Shown here piece after piece: positions 14,101 through 27,649 of a DNA stretch of 64,000 nucleotides. The position numbers and the translations under genes are program-made. Each line of letters starts with the position of its first letter. The first letter of the stretch is position 1. The stretch spans positions 29,140,001-29,204,000 of the forward strand of contig NC_047018.1 of assembly GCF_902652985.1 (NCBI RefSeq), written 5' to 3'. Under the pieces are notes generated by a model that was not told the DNA's origin, ran no database searches, and saw only the letters and a program-made list of their open reading frames with translations. This stretch comes from Pecten maximus (taxonomy: Eukaryota).

Positions 14101-17100
14101 TATACAGTATATATATATCTATAGTCATTAACACTAGTGGAACGTTTAGTGTTGTTTCAGACAATTTTAACTGATTCAGAGGCTCCGTTTATTTTACTCG
14201 CTAGTTTTCGTCTCGATGAATTAATAAATGAGGTACCAGTGTGATGATGTCTGGACAAACATCTCTGCTATTTACCTTGTATTGTGGTTTCTGTGTGGTA
14301 GGATCGGGGCCTAACAGCGATGCATTACTCGGCGGAGGCGGGGGACACGGAGAGCATGATGTTACTGCTAGCTTTTAATGCCAATATGGACAGTACGGAC
14401 TACGTGAGTAAATCAATCAATACTTCTGTAGTAGCAGTAGTAGTACCTCTGTGGGTCGGCCGCTTACTTTCCAAAATGATAGACTTGGTGCAATGATATA
14501 GGTATGATTTAAACGATTGTGTTATGGTATATAGGGTGTAATAATGTAGGTATGATTTAAACGAATGTGTTATGGTATATAGGGTGTAAAAAGGTAGGTA
14601 TGATTTAAACGAATGTGTTATGTCATTTGTGCACGATAGATTGGGTGTAATGATGTAGTGTGATGTGTGTATGATATACTGTAAAGTGCTTTAATTTCGC
14701 GGTATAAAACATTCGCGTTTGGGTACCAAGAACTTATCCGCGGGATCTTAATTTCGCGCTACATTGGTTTCGAACGGTGCAAAATAGGGGTTAAAATCAA
14801 ACCTTGTGTATTTTAAAATGGATCTATATAAATCACTGAAGAAAAAATCATGTGTGCATGTATACATACGCAATAGGATGTTCATCGGTACCCATACGTA
14901 CGCTCATCAAATAATGATAGTGAATATGGCTGACATGTAAACACAATTTTCGCTGGTGTTTTGAATTCGCGCTTTGATAGCACACCGTGAATATAGCGAA
15001 ATGTAAACCCTCCGCGAAATAAAAGCACTTTACAGTATAGGGTGTAATGATGTAGGTTTGATATAACCGAGAGTGCTATTTGTATGACATATAGGGTGCA
15101 ATGATGTAGGTTTGATAAAAAAGAGTGTGCTATCTGTATGACGTATATGGTGTGATGGTGTAGGTTTGATATAACCGAGTGCTATCTGTATGACATATAG
15201 GGTGTCATGATGTAGGTATGATATAAATGAGAGTGCTATGTTTATGACATATAGGGTGTCATGATGTAGGTATGATATAAATGAGAGTGCTATGTTTATG
15301 ACATATAGGGTGTCATGATGTAGGTATGATATAAATGAGAGTGCTATGTTTATGACATATAGGGTGTAATGATGTAGGTATGGTATATACGAGCGTGCTA
15401 TCTGTATTACATATAGGGTGTCATGATGTAGGATCGATAAAAAAAAGAGTGCGCTATCTGTATGACGTATATGGTGTAATGGTGTAGCTATGATAAAGAT
15501 ATAGGATGTCATGATGTAGGAATGATATAATCGAGAGTGTTATACATATGGCATATTGGGTGTAATGATGTAGGTATGATATAAACGAAATTGCTATGTT
15601 TATGACCCATAGGGTGTAATGATGTAGGTATGATACACACGAGTGTGCTATTTGTATGACATGTAGGTATCTGATGTATGGTATGATGAACATGAATATA
15701 TCGTGCATATAACAGGTTGGATGCACTCCGCTTCATTACGCCTCTAACCGGAACCATACCAGAGCTGCAGACTTACTGGTATTCTGTGGATCTGACGCCA
15801 CCGTACAGAACACGGTAATAGGCTTCCCGACTCTCAACTAAAACACATGTTTACACCTATGTTGTATTTCATTTAAAACTAAAATACCAAAGTTTGAATA
15901 TCATGATCCGGTATTATCAACCATTTGTTAAATTTGCCTTTTCACGCTTTTAAAGTATCAATATATAAAGTCTATGCGTTTATTGATATCGATCGCTTAT
16001 TGATTATATCTTTTTATAATAACTCTAAGAGAAAAGAGACACCAATATCGATTTGCGAAAATGAAGATCTAGAGGAGATTCTACAAGAGTCAAAACGAGT
16101 TGTGAATGGAATGATAAATAAGTAAGTGCATTAAATAGTTGTTTTTGATAATGAAATTTTCCCAATTTATTGATATTTACTATCATTTACCTTTTGACTG
16201 GAATCATTCTTGCGCATGCATTGAAACCAGTGTTATAAATGAATTAATGATCATTTTTATGTTAGACTTTTAAAACAATAAGTTGCTCATCGAAATAATG
16301 TCTTTCTGACATTTTTACTAATCTAAAATCCTATGTTGTCACTTGTTCACTTCATCTAAAAGTCTCCTTTATTATTATTTTTCCAGTGATGTCTTCATAG
16401 AGCACAGACAACTGGAGACTGATTCCAGAACGCCATTCGATAAGATAGGACTTGTCGTATTTACACCACCTACCTTCAGCACCGACAGTCTAAGCTTTCT
16501 TTGTCGTCGCGTCAGACCTGAGTACAGTGACAACATTCTCCGTCCAGACCGACAGGAACTCCTCATCAGTGATACATTCCAGTACCGACTTTCTTCCTCC
16601 CAGTCAGACGGCATCGTTTGGTTGGAGATTCCTCTCTACAATCACCCTGACCCGTTTGAGGATGTTTACATGAAGACAGACACTCATCCGAAAATCAACC
16701 CCGACAACAAAATACTTGATATCAAAAGAATTCGATGTGAAGTAAGTCAAGCGTGAAAAAAAAAAAAACAATATGAAGTGATGTATGCTGCATCACATTC
16801 AGCGTGAAGTCGCATGCTGGCGAAAAACATGAAATTGTGTAGATGTTTCGATGAAAGCTTATTTTCTTTTCTATGTTTCAATAATTTATATAGGAAGGCG
16901 TAACTTTTGTGACAAAGGCTTGTACAAAAAATCACACTAGTGAAGAGCACCTTTAATACATACAATTACATCATATAAAGCTGGTATATCCTGTTTGGAC
17001 CCGTCAGAAATGCTAGATGCTAAAATCAATGAATACCCTTTATTCATTACCGATTTCTTACATGCTGATTTAGAGAGTGAACAGTTCCTTCTATAATGAT

Positions 17101-20100
17101 ATAAGTTCAGAAAGATGAACAAGTTATGTATATTTTCAGAAAGGCCAGAGTGATTATAAATGGGTATGTTACACAGAGGTAGACATCACAGCAATGTCTG
17201 CCTTCTGCCTCGTCACTGTTCCGAGAGTAGAGACGTTCAATATACCTCCAGAGGGAACTACCGTGACGTCAGATGTGGACCAGTTCGTGCAGATCTCTGT
17301 TCCTCCAAATACATTTGATTCTCCAAAAAGTGTAATATCTTTAGAGGTAAGGAACGGAATAAAAAAGAGTTTCGGTTGTTTTCCAGGATATGATATGGCT
17401 AAAGTAAAATGAAATTAGTTTTATTTATGAATGTACAATTTCAACCAAACTTTTAACGGGAATAATTGAAATAAGGTAAAAGTATACTATCATCTGAAAA
17501 AAATCAAAACTGAATACATTTCATCATAGGTAATGCCCAGTCCGGTGTTTGATCCCCAAGACTTCGACAAAATTGTGTCTGTCAGTCATTTTTATGACCT
17601 GAACCATAACCATTGCGAGCGTCCCCAGAAGGAAGTGGGTTTGAAGGTGCCACTTCCACAGGACTACGACGGAGAAGGCAGTCTTTATATCCTTGGGGCC
17701 GAACTCAGCAGCCAGGTCTATTTGGATATGGAAGATGGAGAAGAAACACGGAAAGACATTCTGGAACGCTGGAGTATTATAGAGAAAAATCCTGTAACGG
17801 TCAAAGGCTGTATAAAATGTCCAGTCACACATTTCTCCTAGTGAGTCTATCTGGAACTAATTGGCAAAAATGAATTACAATTCAACTTTAATTTTTATAG
17901 CATTTAACTTTATAATGAAAAGAGCGGGTTTTTTGTTTTAAATATCGTCTACTTAATGAATATCACTCCAAAGCAAAGAATATATGTTGCTAATTGTAAG
18001 GTTGCCTTTGAAGGAAGCGTAATTATATCATTAAAGATTAAACTCCATGGAAAAATATCAAAGCCATACTGCATTTCAAATATTAATCTGAACTATTGTT
18101 TAACTAAGGACCAAAATCATAAAAAGTGTAATCTTTTCATATTGCTAAGGTATTGATAACTAGATATGCAAACCATGGATTGTTTCAGCTACGTAGCATC
18201 CGAGGCCCAACAGAACATGTCAGAAGAGGCGGTGATAGCACATACGTCAACACTCTGTAAGAGGGCATCGCTACGAAAACAACATGTGAAACTCATTGTC
18301 ATGCTGAAACCATTGGGTAGTGAAATGTACGACGTCGTCGTAGAGATAGTAATAGCCAGAAAAGCGGAGGACAGGCTTAATCAATGGAGAGGATGCAGAT
18401 ACTTAGATCAAAAGCCCAGTGTGTCACGAGATTTTGAATCGGTTCCAAGAAAAAGATATTGTATAACACTTAGTGACGAGATTGAAAAGCATGGGGGATT
18501 CCCCACTACCCCATTAGACTTTCATCCAAAGCGGTTTAATTATCAACTGTTTCAAATATGCCGGAAAAAAAACGTTGAGCTGAACTTTGGCTCGGTGATC
18601 TTGACTGATGAGGAAACTGGAGAGGAGATTGCTAGACTAACTGTTCACTTAACGGGCTCTCCGTTTCTTGAGGATTTAGGCGAGTTTGAAGACGGATTTC
18701 CAGGTGAGCGAGGCACCAGTTACTTTGTATTCAGGGAATATTTGGTGTATAATAGATACCATCACATTTTCTTTCAAATCTAGCTTCTGATATAACTAAC
18801 TCTTATCAATCATATCATGTTCGTGCACTTTTAACACTCTGATTGTCTCTCCTATGTGTCATGTCGAATAATCAATATAAAACTGCACCAAAGAATTGTT
18901 TGATAAAGAATTATAATGCTTAAACCAATGTTTATTTGGTTAACCGATTTTCGACAAATTATAAAGCTTAACAAACTGGAAAACTATCATATTGTTGAAC
19001 TGGAGTACGGAATCAGTGGTGACACGTTGCTCTATAAGAACCAGAAATTTGACTATGACTATGCTGTTAAGTTAATCACGTCGTTTATCATCCAATTTGG
19101 TTGTGAAGTTCATATCCTAGTAATGTAAGCAAAATATGTTCAGATATTGTATATTGAATACAAGTAATTCAATTTAGAACTGGTATTTATTTGACAGTTC
19201 TTCCATTGGAATTGTCTGTTGTTAATATTGCTTATGGTTTTGTTTAGATATTTTATCTTTAAGGCTAAAATCTGACTTTCATTTTAGGTTTCACAAGGAA
19301 CAGTTTACTTAAACACATAGCGAGAGAGCTTGGAGATGAGTGGATTAAAGTAAGCGTCCTCTTGGGCCTGACATATCGCACTGTAGAGGAACACTCCAAG
19401 CTTCCCAATAAGACAATTACTGAGAAGAAATTTAAGGTAATGTGTCCATATGGAAGAACTTCCTAAATAATAAAAAAGATAATGATATATCGAAAGTAAA
19501 ATGAGTATAATTAACATAATATGTAGTTAACGTTCTTGTGATAACGTGTTAAATTGAATAAAGGAAAATTGAGTATAGGTTATCACCACACATGTATTGT
19601 ATTCCAGTTATTTATCATTTGGGTACTTCAAATCAGGCTAATTTGCACAGTACATGTATTTATTATGTATGTTAACAACGCAGACTAATACTTCTGTCTT
19701 GAAATTTTTTCACGATGTAAATTGGTAAACTTATCTAACTTTCAAGTTCTCATGGTAAAATATGTCAACTATAAAAATGTATTTGTTAAGTAAACCAAGA
19801 ATGATAAACATTTTAACGGAATGGTTACACTCCTTCCAGATTCTACAACTGTGGAGAGACTTCAGTAAAAACCGCCACGACTTAGGTGTACCAGACCTCT
19901 TGTCGGCCCTGGGGAAGACCAAACGTGATGACGTGGTGGAGTATGTCAACACGCAGCTCAAAGCGTGGTGAGCATCTCATGTGGAAAATAATTAATTTTA
20001 ACCAAAGGCTGTTATTCTTAGTTCAAATTTATGAATTGATCAACAAAATGTGCGTTAAAGCAGTGTTCATATTATCCTCTCAATGCTTTGATATGCCAAT

Positions 20101-23100
20101 TTTATATTACGGTATTCAACATCATAAATTGTTAACATTTGTTTAACTGAATTAAGGTTTTAATGATATATATAAATCATCTGGCAGGCTTCAAGAAAAA
20201 AAAGATCAACCTGACCGTTTCTATACCTGGTTAGAGGAAGCTCTCCAAGGCCCTAGCACGGACATCCTAGAAACCAACAGTTTGTACTAACTTTATATCG
20301 GGAACACACAATCTACCAACATGTGTTTTACACATAAAAGTACATACACATGTTGTGTTGTATATATACGTACTGTATTGTACATACACATGTTGTGTTG
20401 TATATATACGTACTGCAGTGTACATACACGTATTGCATTTTACATACACAGACTGTATTGTACATACACGTGCTGTATTGTACATACACGTGTTGTATTG
20501 TATATACACGTACTGTATTTTACATACACAGACTGTACTGTACATGCACGTACTGTACTGTACACATACAGACTATATTGTACATACACAGACTATATTG
20601 TACATGCACAGACTGTATTGCACATACACGTACTGTATTGTACATACACGTACTGTATTGTACACACACGTGCTGTATTGTACATACACGTGCTTTATTG
20701 TACATACACGTGTTGTATTGTACATACACAGACTGTATTGCACATACACGTACTGTATTGTACATACACGTGCTGTATTGTACATACACATGCTTTATTG
20801 TACATACACGTGTTGTATTGTACATACACGTACTGTATTGTACATACACAGACTATATTGTACATACACAGACTGTATTATACATACACGTGTTGTATTG
20901 TACATACACATACTATATTGTACATACACGTGTTGTATTGTACATACACATACTATATTGTACATACACGTGTTGTATTGTACATACACAGACTATATTG
21001 TACATACAGACTGTATTGTACATACACGTGTTGTATTGTACATACACAGACTATATTGTACATACACATACTATATTGTACATACACGTACTGTATTGTA
21101 CATACACATACGGTATTGTACATACACAGACTGTATTGTACATACACAGACTGTATTGTACATACACAGACTGTATTAATTGTTCATACATGTGCTTTAT
21201 TATATATACACGTGCTGTATTGTGAATACAGATCAGTAGACAAACCTGTCTGTTGTTAACGTATACATTGAAGACATTTCCACAGAACAGAACAGATCAA
21301 TGCTCCTCAACTCTTGAGTCTGGTAGTAACGCAATGACAACCTGTTAAAAGCGGTCAAAATAGAAACGTTCACTGATTATCGTTCACTATGCATTAGGTA
21401 ATAAGAAAATCAATCGGCGCCTATATTACTCACGGAATAGTGGTACACAATCCTAATGAAGTCATGATGTTGTGGTTTAAGGTCACCCAGAACCCATGAC
21501 GGACCAGTTCTACGTCCTTCTGGTGGAGAAATGTGGCATCAATCTCAGGTCAACCGGAAGTCACCTTAACCTGTCAAAACCGGAGTTGGATGGATTATTC
21601 TCAGACACATTGATCAGCAAGGATGAGCATAAACTACTGCATGTAAGCTAGTTCCAAATATGGCGCCAAGTTAATAGTTAAATATTAAACAATGTTGATA
21701 TGATCAGTGCCTTGCTGAGAAGATACTAACAACTGCTTGATTCTGAAAACGTAGTCTACGATCGATAACCAGCAGCACCTTCTCGCGTGATAGTACAATA
21801 GAGACTCCTACAGTGATACATTTTTTGTGTGTTTTGGCACATTCATTGTTATTGATATAAAGTATGCTTGAGTGGATTTTATTCCTCTGGGCTTATCCCG
21901 TCAAATGAGCCATTAATTAGCAACTGATATTTGATAAAACAACATTACATGTATTTAAACATTTAACAGAATCTTGTTATTCCGGAACGCCTGGTTATGC
22001 TTCAACTTTTTCAAATGTCTCCTTATCAATCGAATCCATCCTTTGTTGATTGTTTTTCAGTTTTATCTAAACATTTTGGATTGGGACTGATGTATTGTTT
22101 ACTCGTCGATTCTTATACAATCTAGAAAATTCGTTAGTTCAAACCTATGTCTTCGAGTTCAACTTGTCCATATTAAAAGTAATTCTTGAAAGACACGATT
22201 AAGTAATCAATTGTTTTCTACTTAAGAAAAGGTAAATATACTTATGTTACGGAATACTGATATCTAACACTGTGAAAGATTTATGAATGAACCCTTTTTT
22301 ACAGTCCTTGGGTCAGTTTTATGACCTGTGTTCGGCAGAGATAGAGGAAATTGTAGCCTACCCTATCGGACATGGACATAGGTTACTGAGGGTAACTTGT
22401 ATAAATGCATGCTCTACTGATATTACCATATATGCCATAGCTAGGACTGTGTATTCCTCAGCCACCCTTTCCTTATTAGTTTGCATTCCCTGTAACTGTA
22501 TCTACTACTGTAAAAATTAGCTCGGGCATGTACTTCTGTACTTCCACTCATTGTAACCTGTATATGCAATTCTATCTTCAACTGCATCCATCCCTGTATC
22601 AGGGATCTTTTAGCCTACACCAATTTGCTGTAACATCAACACCATGTATTTTCTATCAGCAATTCTATCATTCAGTGCATTCATACCTGTATCAGCGATC
22701 ATCAAGCCTACACTCACTGTTGTAACATCCACTCCATGTAACATCAACTCTATGTATCATGTACCATCCTTGTATCAGGGATAATTAAGTATACACCAAC
22801 TGTTGTAACATCAACTCCGAGTATCATGTACCATCCTTGTATCAGGGATCATTAAGCCTACACCAACTGTTGTAACATCAACTCCGAGTATCCTGTACCA
22901 TCCTTGTATCAGGGATCATTAAGCTTACATCCACTGCTGTAATCAACTCCATGTATCCTGTACCATCCTTGTATCAGGGATCATTAAGCCTCCGACAACT
23001 GTTGTAACATCCACTCCATGATTCTGTACCATCTTTTGTATCAGGGACCGCTAAGCTTACACCAACTGCTGTAACATCAACTCCATGTATTCTGTACCGT

Positions 23101-26100
23101 CCTTGTATCAGGGATCATTAAGCTTACATCCACTGCTGTGTATCAAGTACCATCCTTGTATCGGTGATCATTAAACCTACACCAACTGTTTTAACATCAA
23201 CTCCGTGTATCATGTACCATCCTTGTATCAGGGATCATTAAGCCTACACCAACTGTTACATCCACACACCAACTGTTGCAACATCCACTCCATGTATTCT
23301 GTACCGTCCTTGTATCAGGGATCATTAAGCCTTCACCCACTGCTGTAATCAACTCCGTGTATCATGTACCATCCTTGTATCAGGGATCATTAAGCCTACA
23401 CCTACTGTTGTAACATCAACTCCGTGTATCATGCACCATCCTTGTATCAGGGATCATTAAGCCTACACCTACTGTTGTAACATCAACTCCGTGTATTATG
23501 CACCATCCTTGTATCAGGAATCATTAAGCCTACATCAACTGCTGTAACATCAACTCCGTTTATCCTACATCCACTGTTGTAATTCGTATCTCCGGTGTTC
23601 TAATCATGTATCTAATATCACCTGTGTCGTTCAGACATATTGGTATCCGCTTCCTTATTACCTGACGCTGTAGTATGTAGGTATATCCTTCAATGTCCCA
23701 ATGCACGCTCATTGACATTTATTAGCGTCACTTTATATAGCTTGATATACGTTTCAATCCCTGCCTTGAACATCTTTTCAAATGGAATCCTATTATTTGA
23801 GACTGTATTTTATTACATTTGAGCTACACAGCGAGTAAAATCGCAATGCTCACACTCTGTGTGATAGAACATCCAAATGTACAGCCTTGAGATGCCATCC
23901 ACCATAAAATACTAAGCATGTTTTCAAACTTACAAAAGTTATAACTACAGTATATAGCATGCTGATTAAACGTTTTCTTTACAACGTTATTTTCTAATTA
24001 ACAACACAATGAGGTATTCTTTAAAACGTGTTAACTTATGGTACCATTATTGTTTTATAACTGCGAACGGTGATCGAATTCACTTTTTCTAACATTTTAC
24101 GGCCATTCTCGTGTTTTGGTTTTTCTTTGGCTCGTTTGATAACGTCTGCTAAATGTTTACTTATCTAAAGGATAAATCATTTATTTTGTTTGGTTATGTA
24201 AATGTTGGGATGTGTGATCCATTAAAACATGAAAACTTGATATATAGTTGGCAAATGAGGAGTTCGTATAACTGAAAGTTCAGACATGTGGAATTCTACA
24301 GTGCATCAAAATAACTTTAACCGAATGGCACTAACAACAGTAGTACTAACGTATGTTTGGTACTGTTTCTGCTGGAACAGACTGCATCAATTAGATATTC
24401 TATACATAACAATTTCTATGTTGATAAAGGAACCATCTCGTTTTTTCGTCGTGTTAACCTAAAAAGACCATTATCCTTTCTTAAGATTTTATTCGAATTT
24501 CTCATAATTACAAATTATTTCGTATGTCTAAGATGCTGGTGGTTGCCAGAGAAAAGAGTGAAAGCAATATCGAGGCATTCAAGATGTTGATAGAAGCTTG
24601 CAACACGGTGGGGCTGACAGAGGCAAAACAGTGGATACTGGACATGTCGAAGGAATGGTAAGATCTAATTTGTATTGTAAAAGTTCGTGCTGTGAAATGT
24701 AGGAAGATTTGGTAAATCATCGTGTATTTATTAAACCACGTTATACATTCGACCCCGAATATAGAAATCAAGTTATCCCTTTAGTACAGATATTTTTCAG
24801 TAAATGCATAATTTTCAACCCAACTTCAATATTTCTTTCCGCACCGATATGTAATTAAGGATATTGTTTACAAACCTTGCCAACTCGATACTGTTTCTAC
24901 AATTTGGACCAACGTCAACAGAAAGTTAGCAAATAAACATAATGTGTTAAAGTATATTAGGAGTTTTTAGTTCCCAAATGGCATCTGTTTTGACTGTGGG
25001 CGCAAATTTACAAATTGCAACGCTCTAGGGTTTGGCCTTTAAGCGACAATTAAGCATAAATTTAGTCCTTTTGACAGCCAATTATTATGACAATCAGACT
25101 GTTGTTTTTAAAATAATCCATGTAGCCCAAACGGTATTTTTCGATGTTTAACTCCGTAAAAATAATTCAATTGATAGTAATGTTGAACCATGTTTTGAAC
25201 CACACATATCATGTTGGTCATTTATCTGGTTAATCTAAATGATAAAGAAACAGATTCTCAAAATGAGATGTTATTTGTTCTTCTTTACCGTAATTGAAAT
25301 GCTGGTATTGGTAATAGTAATATTTGCCAATATTGATATTTCTTCTAATATGAAGCGCATACATATGTGTGTATCTAAAATGTTTGTGTTAAGTTTTAGT
25401 TGCCATTGATATATCAAAATTGAATATATATTTTAAAATTTCGTCCAAATCCAGTATTAATATGTTAATGATTAAATTACGATTCTATTGTTGTATTTGT
25501 ATCCCAAGAGATAGTGCTTGTACAGAATTGCCTTTTGCCTTATTCTCGTTAGATCATTTTCATTTGATAAAACATTTTTGAAACAGAAAGTAAATCTTGT
25601 TTCGGCCACAATTGATGTTGACCATCCGATAGCCACACGATTTCAATTGGTTCACTATTGCCCACACGTGAAACACCGTACGTCCCAAAGCGGTGCAGTC
25701 AGGTTACCTATGTCCTAATAAGAACCGCTGATCATCCCAAAGCCTTAAAATTTAGGCTCACCGTGCACGAACCGTTGCAGACCACAAAGTCGTATACAAT
25801 ATGTTGGCTAGTTATCATCCCCATAGGAGCCAGTGCACATTCCAAATATTTACCATTAAGCTCACCGTGCACGAACCGTTGCAGACTCCCAAAGTCGTAC
25901 AGTATGTTGACTCTCTATTGTCTCCATAAGAGCCGCTGCACATCACAAAGTCGTATACAATATGATGGCTCGCTATCGTCCCCAAACTCGTACAATATAT
26001 TGGCTTGCCATCGTCCCCATAGGAGCCACTGCACATCCCAAAGTCGTACAAGAAATTACACTGTCAGGTTTGAATACTGTTCAATCAATGTTTTGCACAG

Positions 26101-26239
26101 GTTGATGGGCGATCCGGAGGCAACCGATCCTTTCAGAATAGCTGTCCAGGAAGTGATCGAATCGGTTGAAGGTCATTATATGCAGCATTCCGACCATAAC
26201 AACACTGATGAATCTACTGCCGATCTCAATGACCATTAA
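11112..26239 (+). CDS. Ankyrin repeat-ZU5-ZU5-UPA-death domain-death domain protein (PIDD1/DTHD1/ankyrin-like), ~893 aa; possible short isoform of ~755 aa ending at 20290
   Basis: Phase-consistent exons: 11112-11216, 11739-11840, 14302-14403, 15716-15814, 16030-16121, 16387-16741, 17140-17346, 17530-17840, 18189-18703, 19288-19436, 19840-19967, 20188-20279 (or to stop 20290), 21482-21642, 24533-24657, 26101-26239. Ankyrin repeats are one per exon (GMTPLLKAA, GLTAMHYSAEAG, GCTPLHYASNRN). ZU5 start IPPEGTTVTSDVDQFVQISVPPNTF; ZU5 end VTHFSYY. Death domain LKHIARELGDEWIKVSVLLGL...ILQLWRD...DLLSALGKTKRDDVVE. Confidence 0.85.
14480..15690. repeat. 54-bp minisatellite in intron, interrupted by a MITE
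   Basis: Unit gtatgatataaatgagagtgctatgtttatgacatatagggtgtcatgatgtag. It explains the 18-aa periodic pseudo-ORF 15030-15512. Confidence 0.9.
14679..15035. mobile_element. Non-autonomous Tc1/mariner-type MITE
   Basis: Terminal inverted repeats ctgtaaagtgcttt(a)atttcgcgg / ccgcgaaat(a)aaagcactttacag flanked by TA on both sides. Confidence 0.85.
20325..21225. repeat. 20-bp minisatellite (~45 copies)
   Basis: Unit tacatacac(g/a)(t/g)(a/g)ctgtattg. It produces the spurious overlapping Y/C/T/H-rich ORFs. Confidence 0.95.
22590..23580. repeat. 67-bp minisatellite (~14-15 copies)
   Basis: Unit tgtatcagggatcattaagcctacaccaactgttgtaacatcaactccgtgtatcatgtaccatcct; cagggat recurs at 23381 and 23448. 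Confidence 0.9.
25725..26050. repeat. Degenerate tandem repeat in last intron of gene 2
   Basis: Recurrent caaagtcgta(c/t)a...tatgttgg, cccataggagcc and ctcaccgtgcacgaaccgttgcagac blocks. Confidence 0.6.
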
Positions 26240-27190
26240 CGTTCTGTATTAATCACCACGTAGACTACATACAAACTGTGTAATGTCCAGTGAGAATCAG
26301 TGACATTGTGATAGAACTAGAGGACACATTCTAATTTTCTGTTTATTTTTATACCGACTCATGTGAGTTTGCGTCTTATGAACACTATATCTATTGATCG
26401 AGATAAATGCTTTGAAGATCTAAATGTGCCAAAATAATATATACATTAGCGTGATATATACACGTTTGTGAAGGGGAAGGTCTATGTTTATGTACGCGTT
26501 ATCATATAGTCAAACAGTATCTGTCACAGCCCTATATCACAGGCTGTTACCCGAGTTACGATAAATGAATAATGTTATATACTAGTAAAGAAAGTAATTT
26601 CTAAGACTTTGAGTTTGCTTCTTTTTTCACAAGCGGAATCAGAAAGCAAACTTTTGTAACCTTTTATAAATACTCGTTCTAATACTGACAGAGAGATGGA
26701 CAATATATTGACATAATACCTGAAATGACATATTTAGTACACTACAAATAAGAAATTTTTATTTTACAAATAGTACTGTCGCATGGACTTGAAGATATGT
26801 TTTTCACTATTGCATTTTATAAACTTAAAAAAAGCACGTTAGGAATCACTCTTTTATTTTGCAATTCAAGCGTCACAGAGACGGATAGAGATAATTAGTT
26901 TGCGGAGTTTATTGATGCATCCGATTCACTTACGTTTCGCACATGCAAACATTCCAGCCTGGGGAAGGAACGTTTTCTCCGGGTCGGAGGTTAACTTCAT
27001 CAGAAAAGATATACATATAAATTCAGAATAAGCACATGTATATTTGACGTTCTTTTGAAATCGAATATTGAATATAATGAAATCCTTTATCGATTAAAAG
27101 GGATTTTGCAGTTCCCCGTCGTGGTTTTGACATCTTTTTCGACCTATTTAAGTCGCCTCCGATGTACCATCATTCTAGGCCAATAGCAAC

Positions 27191-27575
27191 ACTGACTGAC
27201 GAGTCCTAGAAGAACATAAACAGCTATAAGGTGTCCCTTCCATCACAGGCGAGTTCTAGAAGGACGAAACATCTATAATGTGTCCCTTCCATCATAGATG
27301 AGTTCTAGAAAGACAAAACAGTTGTATGATGTCCCTAGGATCACTGACGAGTCCTAGAGGGACGAAACAGTTGTATGGCGTCCCTACCATCACAGACGAG
27401 TTCTAGAAGGACGAAACAGCTCTATGATGTCACAAGGATTACTGGCTAGTTCTAGCAGGACGAAACAGCTGTATGGTGTCCTTAGGGTCACCGAGGAGTC
27501 ATATAACGTCAACAGCTGCATTGTGTCCCTGCAATCACAGACGAGTCCTAGAAGGACGAAGCAACTATAAAGTGC
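27191..27575 (+). ncRNA. Tandem array (8 x ~49 bp) of minimal hammerhead ribozyme motifs; unit at 27339-27380 has an intact core
   Basis: Intact unit: GATCA-CTGACGA(27344)-GTCC-TAGAG-GGAC-GAAA-C-AGTT-GTA-TGGCG, matching hammerhead core C3U4G5A6N7G8A9 / helix II / G12A13A14A15.1 / helix III / U16.1-H17. Confidence 0.85.
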
Positions 27576-27649
27576 AGTCTATTTCATTTTGTGCTCTACT
27601 GTATCTGAACTCTCAACTTTATAGAAAGGTTCTGAAATCTTGTCTTTAG

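Noticed and set aside
20267-21259. Overlapping 270-310-aa ORFs rich in Y/C/T/H/V
   Set aside because: Stop-free translation of a 20-bp minisatellite in multiple frames; intronic.
25658-26100. N-terminal part of the 193-aa ORF 25658-26239
   Set aside because: Degenerate tandem repeat; only 26101-26239, after the ttttgcacag acceptor, fits the gene model.
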